From contig JBBQFH010000001.1 in NCBI GenBank assembly GCA_038321865.1, positions 128,001 through 192,000 on the forward strand: a DNA stretch of 64,000 bases, given 5' to 3'. The notes under the pieces are model-generated. The model was not told the origin of the DNA. It searched no databases and worked only from the letters and a program-made list of their open reading frames with translations. Made by a program: the position numbers and the translations under genes. Each line of letters starts with the position of its first letter. Position 1 is the stretch's first letter. Positions 61,661 through 64,000 of this stretch are shown here, one piece after another. This stretch comes from Gemmatimonadales bacterium. Lineage in GTDB: Bacteria; Gemmatimonadota; Gemmatimonadetes; Gemmatimonadales; GWC2-71-9.

Positions 61661-63516
61661 GGTGTGGTCCTGGCGGTGCTGTCGGGCAGCTGCACGGGCC
61701 TCGGGGCACTGTCACCCTGCACGCTCTCGTCCAGCAGGCCGGTCAGCACGCGCACCTTGGCTCCGGCGGCGGTGTCCGGGCCGATGAGATAACGCCGCAG
61801 CACGTTGATCACGTATGGGGCGACGACCGTTCCATGCTCGGCGAACTCCATGATTCCGCCGACCACCAGCTGGGGATGCTCCGCCGGCGCGAAGCCGATG
61901 AACCATCCGTGATCCTTGCCGTGGGAGTTCTGGGCGGTCCCGGTCTTTCCCGCCACCTGCAGATCGAGGTGCCGGGAGGCCGAGGCTGTGCCCCGCTCCA
62001 CGACGGCGATGAGTGCCCGTCGCAGCCCGTCGAGCTGCGTCGGCGTCAGACCGGTCGAGTGCCGGACGGTCGACGTCGGGCGGAAAATGTAAGGTGTCGG
62101 CTCGTCGCCGTTGCCCGCGAGCGCGGCGTAGAACTGAATCATGCTGATCAGGGTCTGGTCGTTCTCACCCTGGCCGATCGAGAAATTCAGCGTCGTGGCC
62201 GGCGCGCTCCAGTTTCCGGCGCCGCGGTACAGCTTGTTGAAGTACTCGATGCTGCTGGGGAAGGCCGGGCTGAGCTCGCTCGGCAGGTCGATGCCGGTCC
62301 GGTCGCGGAACCCCATCAGCATCCCGTCCTTGATGATCGCCTCGAGGCCGAGCCGCTGTCCCAGTTGGTAGAAGTACACGTCACAGCTCTTGGCGATGGC
62401 GCCGGTGAGATCGAGGGAGCCATGGCCCTCCTTCTTCCAGCACTTGAAACCCCGATTGCCCAGGCGATAGACACCGGTGCACGGGACGGGCATATGGGTG
62501 TCGAAGTTGATCAGCCCCCGGCGCAGCGCCATCGCGCTGATGGCGAGCTTGAAGGGCGAGGCCGGCGGATAGCGGCCGTTCACCGCACGGTTGATCATCG
62601 GCTTGGCGGAATCGGTATTGAGCAGCCGCCAGTTGGCGGCATCGATCCCGCCGACGAAGACGTTCGGATCGTAGGTGGGCGCGGAGTAGAGGGCCCGCAC
62701 CTCGCCGCTCGGCGTCATGGCGATCATGGCGCCGCGGACTCCCGAGGGCCAGATGCTGTCGATATAGCGCTGCAGGCCGAGATCGATCGTGGTCTTGATC
62801 TGATGCCCCGCGACCGGCGCGAGCGACGCGGAGCCGACATCCTCCCGCACGAGCCGGCCGCGGGCGTTCACTTCGGCGTAGCGGACGCCGGCCCGGCCGC
62901 GGAGGATGCTGTCGTACTCCCGCTCCAGCCCGGCCTTGCCCACGAGCGACCCCAGGCTCGCGTTGGGAAATCGATTGCTGCTCAGGTCCGACTCCGTCAC
63001 TTCGGAGACGTAACCGACCAGGTGCGCCACAGCCCTTCCCTGCGGATACATCCGCTTCGGCTCAGACTGGATGATCAGACCAGGCAGCAGGGAGCGATGC
63101 TCCTCCAGGCGTGACACGTCCTCGAAATCCGCATCGCCCAGCACGATGACGGGCTGGTAGGGTGCCCCGCGATAGCGTCGCAGGATCTCGGCGAGGTCGA
63201 AGGAGTCGAGGGATACGACGGTCGAGAAACGTGCCAGGACCGCCCGGAGCGAGTCGGCGCGCGGCGCCAGCAGCTTGACCGAAAAGCCGGGCACGTTTTC
63301 AGCAATGAGCTGGCCGTTCCGATCGACAATCTCGCCGCGCGGAGGTTCCAGCGGTATCGCCCGCAGCCGGTTGGTCTGGGCCTGAAGCTGGAACTTCTCG
63401 TGCTGAATGACCTGCGTCCGGAAGAACGCACTGATCAGGACGAAAAAGGCGGCGCCCAACACCCAGCCCGCGGCAGTCGCGCGCCGGCCGATCTGATAGG
63501 CGTCGAAGCCGTTCAC
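61657..63516 (-). CDS. mrdA: Penicillin-binding protein 2
   Basis: PPRGEIVDRNG, TTIDLGLQ, PPASPFK (SxxK), SCD, GQG, AGKTGTAQ. Confidence 0.94.
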   Translation of the reverse strand: MNGFDAYQIGRRATAAGWVLGAAFFVLISAFFRTQVIQHEKFQLQAQTNRLRAIPLEPPRGEIVDRNGQLIAENVPGFSVKLLAPRADSLRAVLARFSTVVSLDSFDLAEILRRYRGAPYQPVIVLGDADFEDVSRLEEHRSLLPGLIIQSEPKRMYPQGRAVAHLVGYVSEVTESDLSSNRFPNASLGSLVGKAGLEREYDSILRGRAGVRYAEVNARGRLVREDVGSASLAPVAGHQIKTTIDLGLQRYIDSIWPSGVRGAMIAMTPSGEVRALYSAPTYDPNVFVGGIDAANWRLLNTDSAKPMINRAVNGRYPPASPFKLAISAMALRRGLINFDTHMPVPCTGVYRLGNRGFKCWKKEGHGSLDLTGAIAKSCDVYFYQLGQRLGLEAIIKDGMLMGFRDRTGIDLPSELSPAFPSSIEYFNKLYRGAGNWSAPATTLNFSIGQGENDQTLISMIQFYAALAGNGDEPTPYIFRPTSTVRHSTGLTPTQLDGLRRALIAVVERGTASASRHLDLQVAGKTGTAQNSHGKDHGWFIGFAPAEHPQLVVGGIMEFAEHGTVVAPYVINVLRRYLIGPDTAAGAKVRVLTGLLDESVQGDSAPRPVQLPDSTARTTP

Positions 63517-63517
63517 G

Positions 63518-64000
63518 TCACACGTCCAGCCGGATGGAGAACCACTCGCGGAACGCGATCAGGATCAGCACGCCGAATAGCGCGGTGATGAGCGCCTGCA
63601 GCGGGCCGAAGACCGCGATCTCCGAGAGCAGTTCTCCCCGGGCGGACCCGCCGGCGATCAGCACGATCACATCCCGGAGCCACACGCCCGCCGCGATCAT
63701 CCCCGCGTTGACGAGCAGGTTGTCGGCGAAGAAGACCGCGCGGCCCCACGACGCCGCGTAGGCGACGAGCGTGCCAGCCAGCGCCGCCGCCCCGAACCGG
63801 GCCGGCGACAGCGAATCGTTGATCAGCCCGACCACGAAGCCGGCGACCGCGGCGTCTCCCGGCCGACTCCGCATGGCGTAAAGCATCAGGGCGATCATCA
63901 GGAAATCAGGGCTGACCCGCGCGTCCCAGAGCCGCGGGCGCACATAGAAATGCAGGACCACCAGTACGGCCATCACGGCAAACAGCTGAATCCGGCTGGC
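63518..64000 (-). CDS. mreD: Rod shape-determining protein MreD (frame open to window edge; start may lie outside)
   Basis: Hydrophobic; PDF, GFVVGLINDSLS..FG; directly upstream of mrdA-rodA. Confidence 0.85.
   Translation of the reverse strand, partial: ASRIQLFAVMAVLVVLHFYVRPRLWDARVSPDFLMIALMLYAMRSRPGDAAVAGFVVGLINDSLSPARFGAAALAGTLVAYAASWGRAVFFADNLLVNAGMIAAGVWLRDVIVLIAGGSARGELLSEIAVFGPLQALITALFGVLILIAFREWFSIRLDV

Overview
High-GC (roughly 70% by eye) bacterial core-genome region, densely coding, with many ATGA/GTGA stop-start overlaps. Gene content and protein style suggest Gemmatimonadota (inference, not checked). It contains: a HK plus NtrC-type two-component pair; a ptsN-aspS-phoH-7TM/HD-ybeY-2x corC-like-mgtE-ubiB operon; rlmN; a divergent glycerate dehydrogenase/kinase pair; a long minus-strand trpC-F-B-[HEAT]-[HD-GYP]-trpA-[TM-GAF-MCP]-folK-panBCD-yqeK-lytR_C run; lexA in antisense between trpD and trpC; truA-htrA-purB-purC-psd-pssA-purS-purQ-2 small genes-purL-purF-ppdK-lipoprotein-purEK; tmRNA; GGDEF, corA, dusB and a second PTS IIA; and mreD-mrdA-rodA-accD-folC-hisS-proS-lysA-guaA. 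I saw no mobile element, CRISPR array, rRNA or tRNA. The best lead is a signalling cassette embedded in the trp operon. Its HEAT-repeat protein and variant HD-GYP protein share a paralogous ~130-aa N-terminal domain that I cannot name, and a HAMP-less membrane-GAF chemoreceptor follows. Other leads: tandem NTTC-N7-NTTCGG candidate LexA operators on the divergent lexA/trpC promoter, a possible non-contiguous trp operon, and several apparently leaderless genes.
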